64,000 nt of DNA, from positions 744,001-808,000 of the forward strand of contig JAPETS010000005.1 in NCBI GenBank assembly GCA_026023565.1, written 5' to 3'. Positions 1-14,532 of the stretch are shown in pieces; position 1 is the first letter of the stretch, and every line of letters begins with the position of its first letter. The notes beneath the pieces are model-generated. The model was not told the DNA's origin and made no database searches. It saw only the letters and a list, made by a program, of their open reading frames with translations. The translations under genes and the position numbers were made by a program. The DNA is from Cirrosporium novae-zelandiae (lineage: Eukaryota).

Positions 1-878
1 AATTTTTGTCCATCGTAGATGTTTGTGATCAGTTATATAATGATGTTGGTTGAATGTGCTTATACATTACACGGATTCCTATAGCTACGAAGATTTAATG
101 GAAAATTATTGCCAAGTAATAGCTATACTCTACGTACCTAGGTAGATAATAATGTATTGGAGAAATAATTATATAGGTTTGGCTAATGAATGATAATGAT
201 AAAGTGTTAACCAAAGAGAGCGCCCGACTTCTTCCGAATTGACCTCGGTGAAGAGAGTGAAGCGGGTAGGGTTTTGAGAGAATATCTTAAATAGACTGTA
301 CTTCCCCAAGTTTTGACTCCCAACTCACTCACCTTTCTGACTTATCTCGAATAACCAGTTGAGGATCTCGCATGTTTTTTCTTCTTTTTTTTCGAGATTT
401 TATCCTCCCTATTAATGAGTTTTTATCACAACCATGATTCGAAACAGAACCAAAGCAATTCGCCCCTTTAGTGGGGGAAGTAATGAGAGCCAAGAAAATG
501 CCAAGACTTGTTTTTGCTGTACAGAGCTACGCCTGACTCAGCCATCCCTGTGGCAATGGCACTGCCGAAATTCAAGGCAGCCTTTCGGGCCTTTGGGCCT
601 TTGGGCACTGACATCCAAGTTCTGAGTTACTGTCTGAACACCTAATCGCCTTCATCCTTCATCATCCTTCATCGACCGTGCCGCACAATGAATGGCAAAT
701 AACCAAAGATTTTCACAGCTCTCTTCTAAATCTATTATAAAATAGATTCTCTTTATTTTTACATTTCCATTCATTCAGCAAACAGCTACTTAATCTACTG
801 TCAGTAGCGGTGAAATCTCAGCACACATAGAAATCATTTCCCTTTACCCGACCAGAGATCAGGAATCTCCATTTTGCC

Positions 879-2340
879 ATGGGTCCAAGAATCAACTCTA
901 GCGACAGCATCTCCCTTAGGGATTTCGCCGCAAGCATTCCTCAGACTACCGCTACCCCACAATATCCGAATAGTACCGCCTACGAATCAGTGACCCTTCC
1001 TCGAGAAGAAAACGACCCCTTACCGCGACGTCCAATTACTCGCAACTCTGACCCTGAAAGTCAGCTGCCTCCTCAATATACCGTCGAAAATGATCCTTAT
1101 CAACTCGCATCAAAGTTGAAAACCGACGAGGAGATTAAACTGATGCGCGCCAATGTTTCTCGCAAGCGTGATGGTTGTACGCCGGCTATCCTTCGCAAAG
1201 AGGATGCGAGGGCAAAGAAACTGCAAGAATTCTACACAAAGCAGAACGGGAACATTCAAAGGATGCTGAGACCAGTGGATGAACACGTGCAAAACGCAAA
1301 GGACGCCAATACTGAGAACCAGCTCAAGGTTAAGATTGCTGTCATGGGAAGTTTTGCCGCCAACATTTTACTTTGTATACTGCAGTTGTACGGTGCTATA
1401 TCGTCTGGTTCTTTGTCTCTCTTCACCACCATGGCTGATGCAATCTTCGATCCCATGTCCAACATCACCCTCATCATTTGCAATCGGGCCGTGAACCGTG
1501 TCGATTCCCATAAGTTTCCTTCTGGAAAAGCAAGGATTGAGACGACAGGAAACATTGTTTTTTCCTTCCTGATGACATCCGTATCTTTCATTCTTATTGT
1601 TATATCGGCTCGAGATCTGGCCGCCGGCAGCACCGATGAGACCACAGACTTTCATCTGCCTTCAGTTGTAGCTGTGTCTATTGCCTTCCTTGTCAAGCTG
1701 CTCTTATTTTTCTATTGCTGGTCATTACGTAACACCTATTCTCAAATACGCATTTTATGGGAAGATCATCGCAACGATCTATTCATTAATGGATTTGGTA
1801 TCTTAACCTCCGTTGGTGGTAGTAAACTGAGATGGTGGATCGATCCCGCGGGAGCTATTGTCCTCTCTTGCTTGATTTCCACATTGTGGTTGACTACAGC
1901 GTATAAAGAATTTCAACTGCTCATCGGAGTATCAGCGGATACTGAGGAATTGCAAATGTTTACTTATATCGGTCAGTTCTTTCAATCAATCCCTTAAAGG
2001 TGTTTGCTAACTATGCCCGAAATAAAGCAATGACACACGATCCAATGATTTCACAAGTTGATACAGTTCGCGCTTATCACAGTGGACCAAGGCTGCTAGT
2101 TGAAGTGGACATTGTGATGGATCGCAATGCAACTCTACAGGCTACTCATGACGTCGCAGAAGCTTTGCAAATTAAACTCGAGAGTTTACCCGATGTCGAA
2201 CGAGCTTATGTACATGTCGAGTAAGTTCAAACTTCAATTCGCTTAACATGACTTCGGGGAATGATTCCGGACTGACTTATCTGTGCGCTAGCTACGAAAC
2301 ATCTCATAAGCCCGAACATTTTTTGAAGAAGGAGTTGTAA
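879..2340 (+). CDS. Cation diffusion facilitator (CDF/MTP-like, probably Mn/Fe-type) metal transporter
   Basis: Exons 879-1971, 2028-2220, 2292-2340 joined by GT-AG introns. Multiple TM helices with DAIFD and DHRND metal sites; C-terminal dimerisation domain ending ERAYVHVDYETSHKPEH. Confidence 0.92.
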
Positions 2341-3192
2341 GGACAATGACCTTAGCAAAGCTTAGGCCCCTACTGTGTTGTATCTGGTTTTCATTCTGCT
2401 TGGGACAAACGCCTTGTTGGGATCGGCTTTCATAGATTCGCATCTTGTTTGCTGATTGTCAAGTTCGATCCCCCCTGACAACATCATTATCACTGCCCTG
2501 TTGACTACCTACTGGTAGAATATTGATATTATCGGGCGCTTTCATTCATGCTCCTTGGCACATACTGAAGTAACTGTCCATAAAACCGGTTCATTCCCAG
2601 ATGATTTTGCTTGTATAACGTCAAGCCCATGCCATTAAAATCCCCTTGTGTAGCCTGATGTTATCGGAATAATCGCCCCATATGCTGCAAATACGAGGTT
2701 TAGTTGCTTTCACTATGCGATTCACATATTTCCCAACTCCAAACTTGATCTGTTTGTATAACCCTTCTCTAGATGAGTCAATCTACTCTCGCCGCCCTAC
2801 CCTCTGTAGCCAGCACACGCTCTCTTTAGGTTCACATGCGTTTCACTATGCCGAAGACTATAAATTAGAGGCTCCTTGCGCTTTGCTAACCCTTTCATTA
2901 TTGGAAATCTGGCGGTTCGAAGACGGTTGCTCCTAGCTACTAAATATCTGACTCCACTTGAATATCAGTCATCTAATTCCCCGAGCAAGCTAGTTATTTC
3001 TATAATCTTGTCAAGGTTTTATTGTCACCTATCCAATCATAAACTCCCTTGATACCTGGCTCGGTCAACTATCGCCTATTAATTGCCATCTCAAGTACTC
3101 ATAATACTACTATCTGGACAAAAATTTCTCGGTTTACTGGAACCTGACTCGCACGGCATCTATCTCGCGTCTGGGTTCTAAACGGGCCCAAA

Positions 3193-3525
3193 ATGTGCTA
3201 CGAGACGTTTATCGAATATCCGTGTGGTCATTATGTTCCCACTCCCTTTCGCCGTATCATATGCCACAAGGGACCATGCCATGAGTCGAAATGGGATCGT
3301 CCGCGATGTGTTCGCGAAACTAAAACGAGCTGTTGTGATAACTGTTATGTCGAGCGAAAACGACGGCGAGAGGAAAGGAAAAAACAAGAGGCCGAGAATA
3401 GGAGAATACTACGTAGGATATTGGAAAAGGAAATCAGCGCCCAGAAAAAAAAGGATAGGAGGGGATTGTGGGAGAAGACGCTGGATAGGAGATATGGTAG
3501 GGAGCACGGGTTCAGATTCTATTGA
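3193..3525 (+). CDS. Small Cys-rich hypothetical protein (MC...CGH...CxxC, basic C-terminus)
   Basis: Single 110-aa ORF with ATG start, a CGH and CCDNC pattern and an Arg/Lys/Glu-rich tail. No family assignable. Confidence 0.55.
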   Translation: MCYETFIEYPCGHYVPTPFRRIICHKGPCHESKWDRPRCVRETKTSCCDNCYVERKRRREERKKQEAENRRILRRILEKEISAQKKKDRRGLWEKTLDRRYGREHGFRFY

Positions 3526-5280
3526 CCGATAGACTCTAAATATCTGATGGAATTTTGATATGGAGGTGGTGACGTTGGTCACATGCTATATTTCCAAACT
3601 ACAACCCTATTTTATGAAGCTGTGAGGGCATATCTTTTAAACTTGGAATACGCATGGACTACCTAGTTTGACATAGAATGATATCGCCCACCAGCGAACC
3701 AGATACAAGTTGGAATTCAACGTACTAATATCTTTTGTATTTGGATAGAATGCTAGAACCCATTTCACCATGTGCCATAGTTTATAATTATTACAATCAT
3801 ATCATTTGTTGGGATTAACAGCCCGAAATAATAGATCGCTTTAGGAGTTTATCAGCGGTTAGCGGCAGGATTCCGTTCCAGAGCTACAGCGGTTAATTTC
3901 TGTCAACGTTAATCATCAACATCCAGACATAATATTCATCTAGATTTGAGAAGAAGACTGTAGCGTAGAAAGGCACACTGATTCAAGGAAATCGTAGGAA
4001 ATCGTCAGGGCAGAATGTTCAACAGTACTCTAGCAAGGAAACCTGCATCCAGGATCTGCGTGGGCGCAACTTTTACTGCTTAATCCAAGCAATTTCAGCC
4101 ACATTCCATGATTGTGGACCATGGGTATTCTTCAAGATCTTGTCCGTGCACCCGCAAGCATTTATTCGGGCATGCGATAGAAGCCGTTGCCCTGATTGGC
4201 CTCATTCGCCCTGTTATAATCTTCTACGGGGCAAACAACCTGTTAAGCGCCCTACAACTCAGAATGGACAGATGGCTCGCGCCCCTCAGCTCAACCGAGG
4301 TACGAGAAACAAAAGTTATTGGATTTAATGCACCATGGTAGTCGGTGGCTGAGGCTCTTGGGGATCCCGTTTGTCACTAGTGGCTAGATGGGGCAATCTT
4401 GTTTGGTTGTTCGGGTCCACGAGATTCTGTTGGGGGATTGAAATATATCTACCTAGGTACCTAGGTAGCTATATCTAGATAAAATGCATAATCAGAAACC
4501 GTTCCCCCCATATCGCTAAATGATTGGATGACTAGGCTACTTCGAATATATTTTATAAAGGCCACTAGAAAATAGATCCTGAGCTGACGTGATGCCCTAT
4601 GTGTTGTCGTGCTCTTCCAAGCAACGCTTCGGCAGGGGTTGATTTATGGAACGATCTGCATGGCGTGCATGAACATGTTTCAGGATCCACACGTGAACGT
4701 TTCCCATTATCCCGTCAGTTGGGAAGGGTTGAACATTTATATATTTCCTTTCCCAACAAAGACAACTTCATTCACAGTAGTCGTATATCCATTTGAGCAC
4801 CTGCACCCATATGCCAGGGAATCACCGCTTGATCTTGTTTTCTTTGCATTCCCCTCGAGAGGATATTAGGTAGACGCTAGGTTTAATGCTATATGAGCAT
4901 AGCTCATTCTCCAATGTGAGGGCTTGTGTCATAGTCCCTGAAAGTATTCCTCCTTCTATGGTACGAAGTCACAAAGGATAAAACTGGTGAGGTTGGGTCA
5001 AGCTCGTCGTCGGTCCCCGGTTTAAGTTCCAACGCCGAGACACTAATGATTAGATCTGCAGTTTATACATGGCCCGTGCATAAACGTCACTTCTTCCAAT
5101 TTCACAAGATGAAGACACACAACCAATCCCAACCTGCGACAAAATATATCCAATCGCCTACTCCACTCTCCCACCAGCTTCTTTATAATCGCCAATCGAG
5201 TCGATAGCTTGTCCGCGCATGCCATTCCTCTCAACCTTCTGGAAAATGACAAGGCCTTGAAAAACGTTGGCCGTGACACA

Positions 5281-8200
5281 ATGGGCTATTTGAGTGACAA
5301 GGCTAAAGAGATTTACTCCGACGAAAAGAAACCTCACCGTGATACGGGTAAAGCTAGAGACGAAGTTGACGAATCTTTGCATAGTGACCACGGCGTTGAC
5401 GCAACAGGTGCTTCATCCTCTGGGGCTAATAATCCCGAAGGGCTTCAAAATCTGGTCCTTCCAAGGCCCCAACGGGTCAATTGGGGTCGCATTATCGATG
5501 ATGACCAGGCTGCTGGTCCAAGCCAACCAAGATTTGCTAGTCGAGATGCAGTTCTGACGCCCCCTCCTGAACTTCCAGATGTGCTTCAAATTGCCGATCG
5601 CAAAGAAACCAACTATGTTAGCCTCTTCGGAGGCGGTGAATCAAAAGAGAAAGAGGACTCTGGGAATGAACAAGCGTATAAGGCAGATGTTGTAGGGAGT
5701 AATTACTTCCAACCATCTAATAGATCGTACAGCCCTAAAGAGGGTAAAAAACCTATCAAAAGGGTATCTGAAGATCTGCAGGATGAACAGAAGCCAAACA
5801 ATATTGAAAAAACTATAGCGGACTGGTTTAGGCCTCGAGTTCCAGTTGACTATCCGGAGGAGGCTTTTCAGAGGGTCGAAGAAGAATTGAATAGTAGTAG
5901 CGACTGTTCATCAACGTGGGAAGCTGAGTCGGATGGTAATTCAGATGGAGATTCTACCAGCAGTCAGCCGGGAATGCCGAGCTTCTTTCAGAGGCAGATG
6001 ACTGTACCGGATCAGGGTCAGAGCAAGAATGATCAACATCTCCGTGTAAAGCGTCGACGGTTGAATAGACCCGATGCTACCTCCTCAACAGAGCCCTATC
6101 ATTCTTTTAGAAAAACCTCGACCAAAGAACCTTCTCCTAGGGAAGAGGAACTTCTTTTTGATGAGGATCTATTCCGGTCAATAGAATTCCATGTTTCTGG
6201 AACTAGTACCGTCCATGAAACCCTTCCATCAGAACAAATGACTTCTGAGCAAAACCACCATTCACAAACTATTTCTCCACAACGGCCATCAAATCTACAG
6301 CTTTCTGCTGCAGGTGAGAAGAATACTACTTTTTCTTTGTCCTCTCGTGACACTGCACGCTCTCCATCACCATCACGGGTTAGCTCTACTCTGAATGATC
6401 CTGAACATCTGGAAACTTTACAAACTGACATCTCAATACCTGAGATTACTGAGGATTTCCTTCAAGGAGGTGACCCACTGGGAAACTTCATTTGGCAGCC
6501 AGCTATCGTAGGCCCAGAGACACGCCCGGGTGAACTTGGTTACGAAAATATGAACGACCTGATAATGACGCTCAGAGATATACTACCTGACTGTCTTGCC
6601 AGTGAGTTCACTTTACTCTTGAGACATGGGCTGCAAACTGACTATTTCTCTTAGATCGGTTAGAGTCCGCTGGGATTTTCAAACGAGTTTTAGAGATATT
6701 AAAGGATAAATTAGGACATGGGCCCAAAGGCTTTGTTCACTACCATTCTTACTACCCTATTCCATGGGCTGTTTTTGAAAAGGCAATTAAGAAGAAACTC
6801 AAAGTTACTACTATCAATGCAGTTGCGGACCTTGCATGTGGGTTCCCAATCATGCAAGATGACAATGACAGAGGAAACATACGTCCTCTGCCAGACTACT
6901 GGTACCCATACATCTACCGCATCGCAATTACGTTGGCTCAGGTCAGTGATGCTATTCCACATGCGTTTGTGTACGGCTGGACCGAATACCGTGAATGGAC
7001 TTCTACATGGCCTGCAGGAGCAGTGCCTCTAGAGTTATTCCACACTATTGGGAAATATCTCACGATCCAGGAAATCAAAAGGCTTCGCCTTGTAAACCGA
7101 GAGTTCGATTCTAAAATTTCCCCTCTCCTCTTCCGATCGGTGGTTTTGCCCTTTAGACCAGAAACATATGATATCTACAAGGATCACGGCAATGGCAACT
7201 CGAAACCTGTAGATCACTCTCGGGATCTGTTAAGATCATTCCAAACTTGGGGCTCTCATATAAGAAACTTTGGGATGAGTTTCGATCTCCATGATGGTAA
7301 GTCTATCTAGTATAAATTTGCAGGATCGCTTTCTCATTCTCGCAGCAACTCTTAGTAGCCTTCCAGAGAAAATCGAGGTCCACGAACAAAGAGACTGGTT
7401 TGGGTCGTTTCAATGGCCTTTGGCTGCTTACCCACGTTTCTCCGAAATGGCACGCAAGGAGAAGGTAGCTGATCGAACAAAGCTCATGGCCGACGCATTT
7501 TCCTGTATCGATAACGTGACTTCCCTTGGCCTAACGATTGACAATGGTCTGGGCTGGTTGAGTGGCCTGGATAAATCCGACCGATCGCGAATATTTGATG
7601 AATCTTCGAAAGTTTTTGGCAGATCTTTTGAAAACGAAGATGCGGTATATAGACGTGTCCTGGACTACATGATCCATAGAATCCGCGCCACCTCGTTTTC
7701 AATTAACGAATGCATATTTTACTACGATGCTCCGAACCACACTGTTTGGCAACTCGATGACACCAAACGCTTGGTGAAGAAAAAATATTTTGACAACTAT
7801 CACTATGAAGATCGTCTTGATAAGAACGGACGTCCGGTCACAGTACTGTTCGAAAACAAGCCCAATAGTACACTAGAAGGACCTATAGAACATGTGCCAC
7901 TAATCTTCGATGGGAGGGGAATGGAAAGCCCCGTTGGGTGGCATAAGTCAAACCATCCAGCGTTAACCAACAGCCGCCGTGAAGGACGCTTGGAGAAAAG
8001 AAAGGTAGACTATTTTTCTTCTGCAGACCTGATTCCTTCGAAACTCACAAAAGCTCAGCAAGAGTATCTGATCGAGACTGGATGGGCTCAAAGTGCCTTC
8101 TTAACTTCATACGCATTAGCAATTCTTGATAACCGCAGGTGCTTTGAGAATGTACATACCTTTACTATCGCGAAGATCCCACAAAGCTATCTCCAGATCT

Positions 8201-9483
8201 TCGACCGTACAGACTTTTGGGATGCTCTCCCGGGATTATCAACACTGACAATATGCATACTTCCGGAATGGCGAAAGCTTCCCAAAGATATTTGGGAACT
8301 CCAGAATCAGGTTGATGGGGTCCGGCGATTTGACGAAGTCACCCCATCCTACGCTACTAGGCGACTACATCACTTTGTCAAGGATAATATTGCACGCCTC
8401 ACCAACGTCAAGACTCTAAACCTCGGCTATTTTGGCGGTGGTGAACATGCGCCTGGAATGGGCGCACGAAACAAACATGTGTTGCCAGCCCCCTTGAGCA
8501 GGGATTATCCAATTCATTTACTGAAACGCTTTCCGGGAACAATGTTGATGGCCGGTGATCATATGAAGAACATTCTTAGACTACCCCATGTTCAAAACCT
8601 AACACTCCAAAATTGTTGGATTAGCCCTCCCGTATTGGAAACGTTTATGGGATTTGCCACAGATACTAAACTCAAGATGTTGACATTAGATTCTGTATCT
8701 TTAACGTCCGTGGAGGTAAATTATAAGTCTCCGAATGCCACCCCACAAGAGTTTGCGGATCAAAAATGGCTGGTAACTCAGTACAATACTGGAAGTTGGC
8801 CTGATATTGTGGATCGTATTACGCCAGGCCCAAAGTTATACGACATCCGATATGGTTCATCCGACACGTACATACCACTGCAGCGTCCTCGCACTAATCT
8901 AGAACGCATCGCCTTCAAATCATGTGGATATGTGAGACTCGACGAGCTTAATAACGCTGACTTTGACCAGTCCAAGGTTACTCCTCACCCCAATGCTCTC
9001 CTAGCCGCCCAAGCTTTTCTTCAGGGTCAGATACAGGCAAATTTTATTCCTGCCCAAGTTGACCAGCAGGCTCAAAATCCCCAGGCACCTCAGGCTATGC
9101 AACCTGGCCAGAATCCACAACATATTCTACTCGGGGCAAATCATAATCCATTCGCAGCTTGGGGTGGACAGGCGGCAAATATAAACGCCAATGGACATAG
9201 ATGGCCACAAACACCCCATCACCCAAACGACTTCACTCTCGACTGGCGCCGCGGGATACTAAAGCCCCAAATGCTTATATCCAAAGACCAGAATCTCGGT
9301 TCCATCGTCACATTCATGCCCGAAGAAGATGAGAAATATCTGCAGTTCGCGTTTGGCATGCAGATTGGGTGGGGTGACGATCCAAGACAATATGAGAATC
9401 TGGAGGATGGTCATGTTCGCGGGGGTGAAGGGCGCTTCTCCGGGGAAGTGTCTAGGTTCGACGTACCTCCAAGTTTTGAATGA
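5281..9483 (+). CDS. Large F-box-domain protein with disordered N-terminus and LRR-like C-terminal region
   Basis: ORFs 5209-6654, 6852-7310 and 7291-9483 join in frame via introns 6602-6654 and 7297-7345. F-box-like PLELFHTIGKYLTIQEIKRLRLVNREF; LxxLxL repeats later. First ATG at 5281; the true start is uncertain. Confidence 0.8.
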
Positions 9484-11419
9484 AGGGGCCGGTTGTGTAA
9501 CCAGTGCGCTTCGAACGGTAGCTCTCTAGGGTGGGGCCTATAGAGCCTGATTACATAGAGTTATTTTCTTGTTTGTTTTACTAGGTAGAAATTTCCATGG
9601 CTGCCGTGGCTTGATGACGGAACTCAGGACATGATCTGGCAGGCCTGAGGGATATACCCCCCCGGAGGCGTTCAGCTAAACCTCCTCTGTTGTACGATAG
9701 TTAAGAGAGCCAACAATGTTACAAAAGTTAGTGGAAAGCTTTCAAGGTTCCTGTGCCTTGTAAGACAAGCTGATAATAGGATTGGAATAATGATTGGTTT
9801 CAAATGGCCATTTGTAAAGCCATGGGGTGCCTCATAAACGTTGGATGGGGTGGGACTTTGTTACATCCGTTTTTATTCACCGTTGATCTGTCACTCCTAA
9901 GCTGATGGAAAGGAGGGACAGGTCACATGACCTACTATTCTCACGCCTCAATAATTCAACATTTTGACAAAAAAAAAACTCCATTCTAAGGCCAGGTAGG
10001 TTTGTTTGGTAGGTAAGTTGGATTAATTTGTTAAGGCGAACCGAACAACTAAAAAAAGTGATCTCTCAATATGGCTTTTTATCCCCTTTTAGTGGTGGTA
10101 GTGGAATGAAGCTTTCCAAGCCTTCGAAGCTTTTCCCTCTGCTCGGGACACGGGGGGGGGGTGAAATATGTACGTCAAAGGGGTTTCGAAAAAAAAAGCA
10201 AGGCACAATAACAAGAAGATCCAGGTCGGGGGTGGAGGGATGTTGAAAAAGTGGTGAAACGTGATTAACGTGCGACGCGCATTTCCAATAAATTGAGTAC
10301 ATGATTCCTCAGGCATTTCCTGGTTCAATCGGAGCCACTGGAAGGGGGGAGCCACAGGAAGGGGGGGGGGAGCCACAGTGCCACGAAGCCTTTTTTTGGT
10401 GGTTTTTTATATAGTGAAGTACGTACTGTACAGTTGTGTTGTAGTAGTAAGAGCCTCAGGGAAGACTGTTATGTTTTTTTGGGGTTTAGTCTGCGGCGTA
10501 GAGAGAGAAAGATGATGCAAGTTTGAAATGGCGCCAATTGGGTTAAGATTTACTGGTGTTACTTTCGGGGCTTGGCATCAACAGGAGAGAAAATCATGCC
10601 GCGCCTCAGATTGGTCACGGCTGAATTGAATATCACCAACTTCTTCTGTGAATACGAAGTAAAAGGGTAGTGAAATATATCCACAAATATCAAATCTTCT
10701 TTTTTATATATCCCTTGTATTTATTACATCAGCAACATAACACATATCAACTTTCAACTTCACCTTCTAGTAATGATATTGGATTCAATTGACGCGGAGT
10801 ACAAATACCCCATCTGGTAGGTAGCTCGGCTCCCCCCCCATTAAACCCCCTCCCCAGTGAACTCCCCCCATCAACCCAGCCGCGCGTCCCCTAAGTTCCG
10901 GCTACGGCGTCATCCGTCATTGGTTCTTAAAGTTATTCCCTTGAAGGATTTGTCGTCAGCACGCAAATTAGATCAAATCCACCCATTGCTGTACCACGCC
11001 CTCCTTCAGCATCTGTGTCTGCAGATCTCCTTATCTCTACAGCGTCTTTTACAACCGTCTCGTGGACCCGTGGAGTCGTCGTCTAGCAACGCATGCGCAA
11101 TCCAAATCCCTGACCATTTCTTACCTCTCTTCAGCCTTCCTGACTGACCGTGTGTTAGTAGCCGTGTGTATTCGTACCACATAAACTACTTGTTACCAGT
11201 GCTTTTTTAGTCTGCTTTTTTTGTTTAGTCTTTTCTCGCCTTTTTCTCAACCCCATCTCTTTCAAAAAAGACGGGAATGTATCATGGCTTTTATGGCTTT
11301 TACTTTCCATTTTCATGATAGGCATTTATTACTACTTCCTTTTGCGCTTATAGAGATTGAGCCTGGCCGACGTCCTTACTTGTTGGCAAATCTTTGATCG
11401 GGCTAGACGGACGCTAATC

Positions 11420-12856
11420 ATGAATAAATTTACTGTACGGGTGTTCATCGCTGCTGGCTTGCTGATTCTGGTCTTCTTTGGTCAGCAACAATTGCGAGTT
11501 TTATGGTCGGAATGGGATGGTAACGTGCAGGTTCACGACATCGAGCTTCCGTCGACTGAAAATGGAACCGTGGCTGAAGGAGCGGGGGATTCAACGGCCG
11601 CACAGGTGAATGATGAGGGTGTAACTCAAGCCGAAGGGACGGCTGAGACGACTGAAGGAGATGGAGCGCAAGAGCAAGGAACCGTTGAATCAAGTACTGG
11701 CGACAGTGATAAGGCTGGGGAAGCCAGCAATGGGGATGCGGCCTCAGGCGGCAACGAGCAAGAGCAAGGGGATCAAAGCAGTGCTAGCGGATCAGACGCC
11801 TCCGACACAGACCATAAGAGTGGAGCAGAAAGTGCTGAAAACGATGTGATAAACGACCCCGACACCCCACCAGACGCACATGGGCATGATTTTCCAACCA
11901 CTCCGAGTGATGGGCAGCTCGAGGAAACGAATCCAAATGAGAGCGAAACTCAACACTCCAATCCAAGTGCAGACCAGAATTGGGGTGAGGGTGAGAATCA
12001 AGCGGAGGAGTGGCAACCCCCAAAGCAGGAAGATAAGATAGTAGTCATGGCGCGAATGGCGATAGAAAATGTTGACTGGGTTGAGAAATATCTTCCCGAG
12101 TATGTTCCCCTTTTCTTCTTATTTACATCGGAGCCGTAAAGCTTACCTCTCACCCCTCCTTCAGATGGCAGCGTGCCATTTATGTTGTCGATGACCCAAA
12201 TGCCGAATTCAAGGTACCCAAGAACAAAGGCCGGGAAGCTATGGCTTATCTCACCTACATTATCGATAAATATCCAATGTTCCCATCGGTAGTTGCGTTC
12301 ATCCATCCTCATCAGGTTTCCTGGCACACCGATGGTCTCATCCACTCCAACACTCGCTCACTCCAACTACTAAACGTCGATTTCGTGGAGCGCAATGGCT
12401 ATGCCAATCTCAGATGTTCCTGGACGCCTGGATGCCCTGATGAAATTCAGCCCTTTCGCCCTGACAAGTGGAAACTCAAGCAGCAAGAACGCTGGTTTCC
12501 GCAGGCGTGGGAATTCATGTTTAACGGAACTTTGGGAGACGTTCCTGGTCAAGTGGGTGTGAGCTGCTGTAGCCAGTTTGCAGTGAGCAAAAAGCAGATC
12601 TTATCAAGACCGGTTGAGGATTATGAGAGGTATAGGCAGTGGCTGTTGGATACAGTGGCAGATGACGAGACGAGCGGTAGGGTATTGGAATATCTGTGGC
12701 ATATTATTTTTGGGAAAAGTGCAGTGTAGTAAGTGTTCCCCTCTTGAGGTCTCATTAGAAATATGGTGTTCTTTCCGACTTTGAGTTCCTAACCCTTTGA
12801 TCAGTTGTCCCTCACCCCAAGTGTGCTACTGTGATGTTTACAACAAATGTTTATAA
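11420..12856 (+). CDS. DUF3431-family type II membrane protein
   Basis: Exons 11420-12099, 12165-12728, 12805-12856. N-terminal TM anchor, acidic stem, and NKGREAMAYLTYIID, CCSQFAVS and GRVLEYLWHIIFG motifs. Confidence 0.88.
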
Positions 12857-14495
12857 AAAGCGGTTAGTCGGCGTACGATTGATATTCTCTATTTAATTTA
12901 CCATTTCTGGTTTATATTGCATTGGGCGGCGCCAGGAAAGGAAAATAGGGGGTTAGGAAAGATATACTACTGTAGATATTACCGGGGTTGGATATGATTT
13001 GAGCACTGGAGCTTGGTTGGGTAAAATAGCGTATACATAGTGTTTATATAGCATCGGATACCCTGATGAGAAGAAAATGAAACTTCCATTTGAACGTGTA
13101 CTGCTTGTTGGTTGAGCTATTGTAGACTCGGATACGGCCTGTGGAAGGAGTGGTAAGATGGACTAGTCCATGTATTGTGGAACATTCACTGTGGACACAT
13201 GAGGTACAGCAAATGGGGAGCTATACCTTTGTGCTGCCTCAGGTGTCAAATGATTTGAACCCTGAACATCAAAACATCAACCACTCTCTCTATCCGAGCC
13301 AACACTGTTCGCTTCTCAACCATCTATGAGACAAAGACGATATATACAAAAATTACTCTTTGACCATTCGTTCCTAATACCTTCAATTACTCATGATGAA
13401 AAAATTCTTTTAACAATAAATATCTTAGTCCATCCATGAGCTTATGACTTTTGTTCAAAGCTCCCTACGTCAACATCCGCTATTCTATCTGTTTATAGAC
13501 CATCTATCTATACATTGATATAATAAAAGATACCAACCCACTCCTTCATAACCAGCATCAAGACTCCGATTTTTCCCTTGATGGTTTCCATACATTTCAC
13601 ATGTTTAACTGTCTCGACTCCCAAAACCCTCATTCACTCTCCATCCGTTCTAGCGGAGCACCCTCATACGAAACACTCACGTCCCCCCCTTGACCCAGTT
13701 ACTCACCCCATTTACTATGACAAGAACTAGAAAAATAGACATCCGATAAGAACACCACCATCAGCCTACCTGCCTATCTACCAATCCCCTTCACTCCCCT
13801 AACAAGAACTTCGAAGTCCGCCAATCATCCTCCTTACCCGAAGACTAGCACCCTAATCCCTCAAAAATCAATCCCAACTCGCTCCTACACGCACGCCAAA
13901 CAGCTCCTTCTCGATAGATGACGTCATTTCCTCTATATACCTACTCGCCTACAATTGAGCGCGTGCGTGAAACGGTATACTCCAGATTGCAGGTTGCGTG
14001 TATGACGACCAGGTTCGTGTTCGTATATATATGCCCAATGGCCCCGATACAAAATAGCAGGATATAGCGGTTTGGCACTGCCGGAAGCTATTATTCAATG
14101 CGAGTAGGAATGAGAGATGGTGATATTAGGTTGTGTGAAAAAAACGAGGAAATTATGTTGATTTTAGTTTAGGGAATGAATGGGTAGATAGACTGCTTTA
14201 TATTAGGTAGCTCTTCATGCTTCGTTATGTATATAAATTAGCTAGATAATTCCATCCCTCGTTCGTAAATCATGGGCTTCTAAAATCAAAACCCATCCCC
14301 CAAACCGCACATAATCAATACACTCGTTGCTCCTAGCCCCTAGCCCCATCCCTACCCCTATCCCTTAATCCCTTACTCCCACCAAAACACTCCACCCCAA
14401 CTCCAACTCCAAAGAACCCATTCCCAACCTCCCAACCCCCCCTCCCTCCTCGAGAGGCTATCTAACTAGCTAGCTAACTGTGTGGGTTTCAGCTG

Positions 14496-14532
14496 CTTCT
14501 TCTTCTTCTTCTTCTTCTTCTTCTTCTTCTTC
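14496..14532. repeat. (CTT)n microsatellite, about 12 units
   Basis: Directly visible. Confidence 0.95.
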
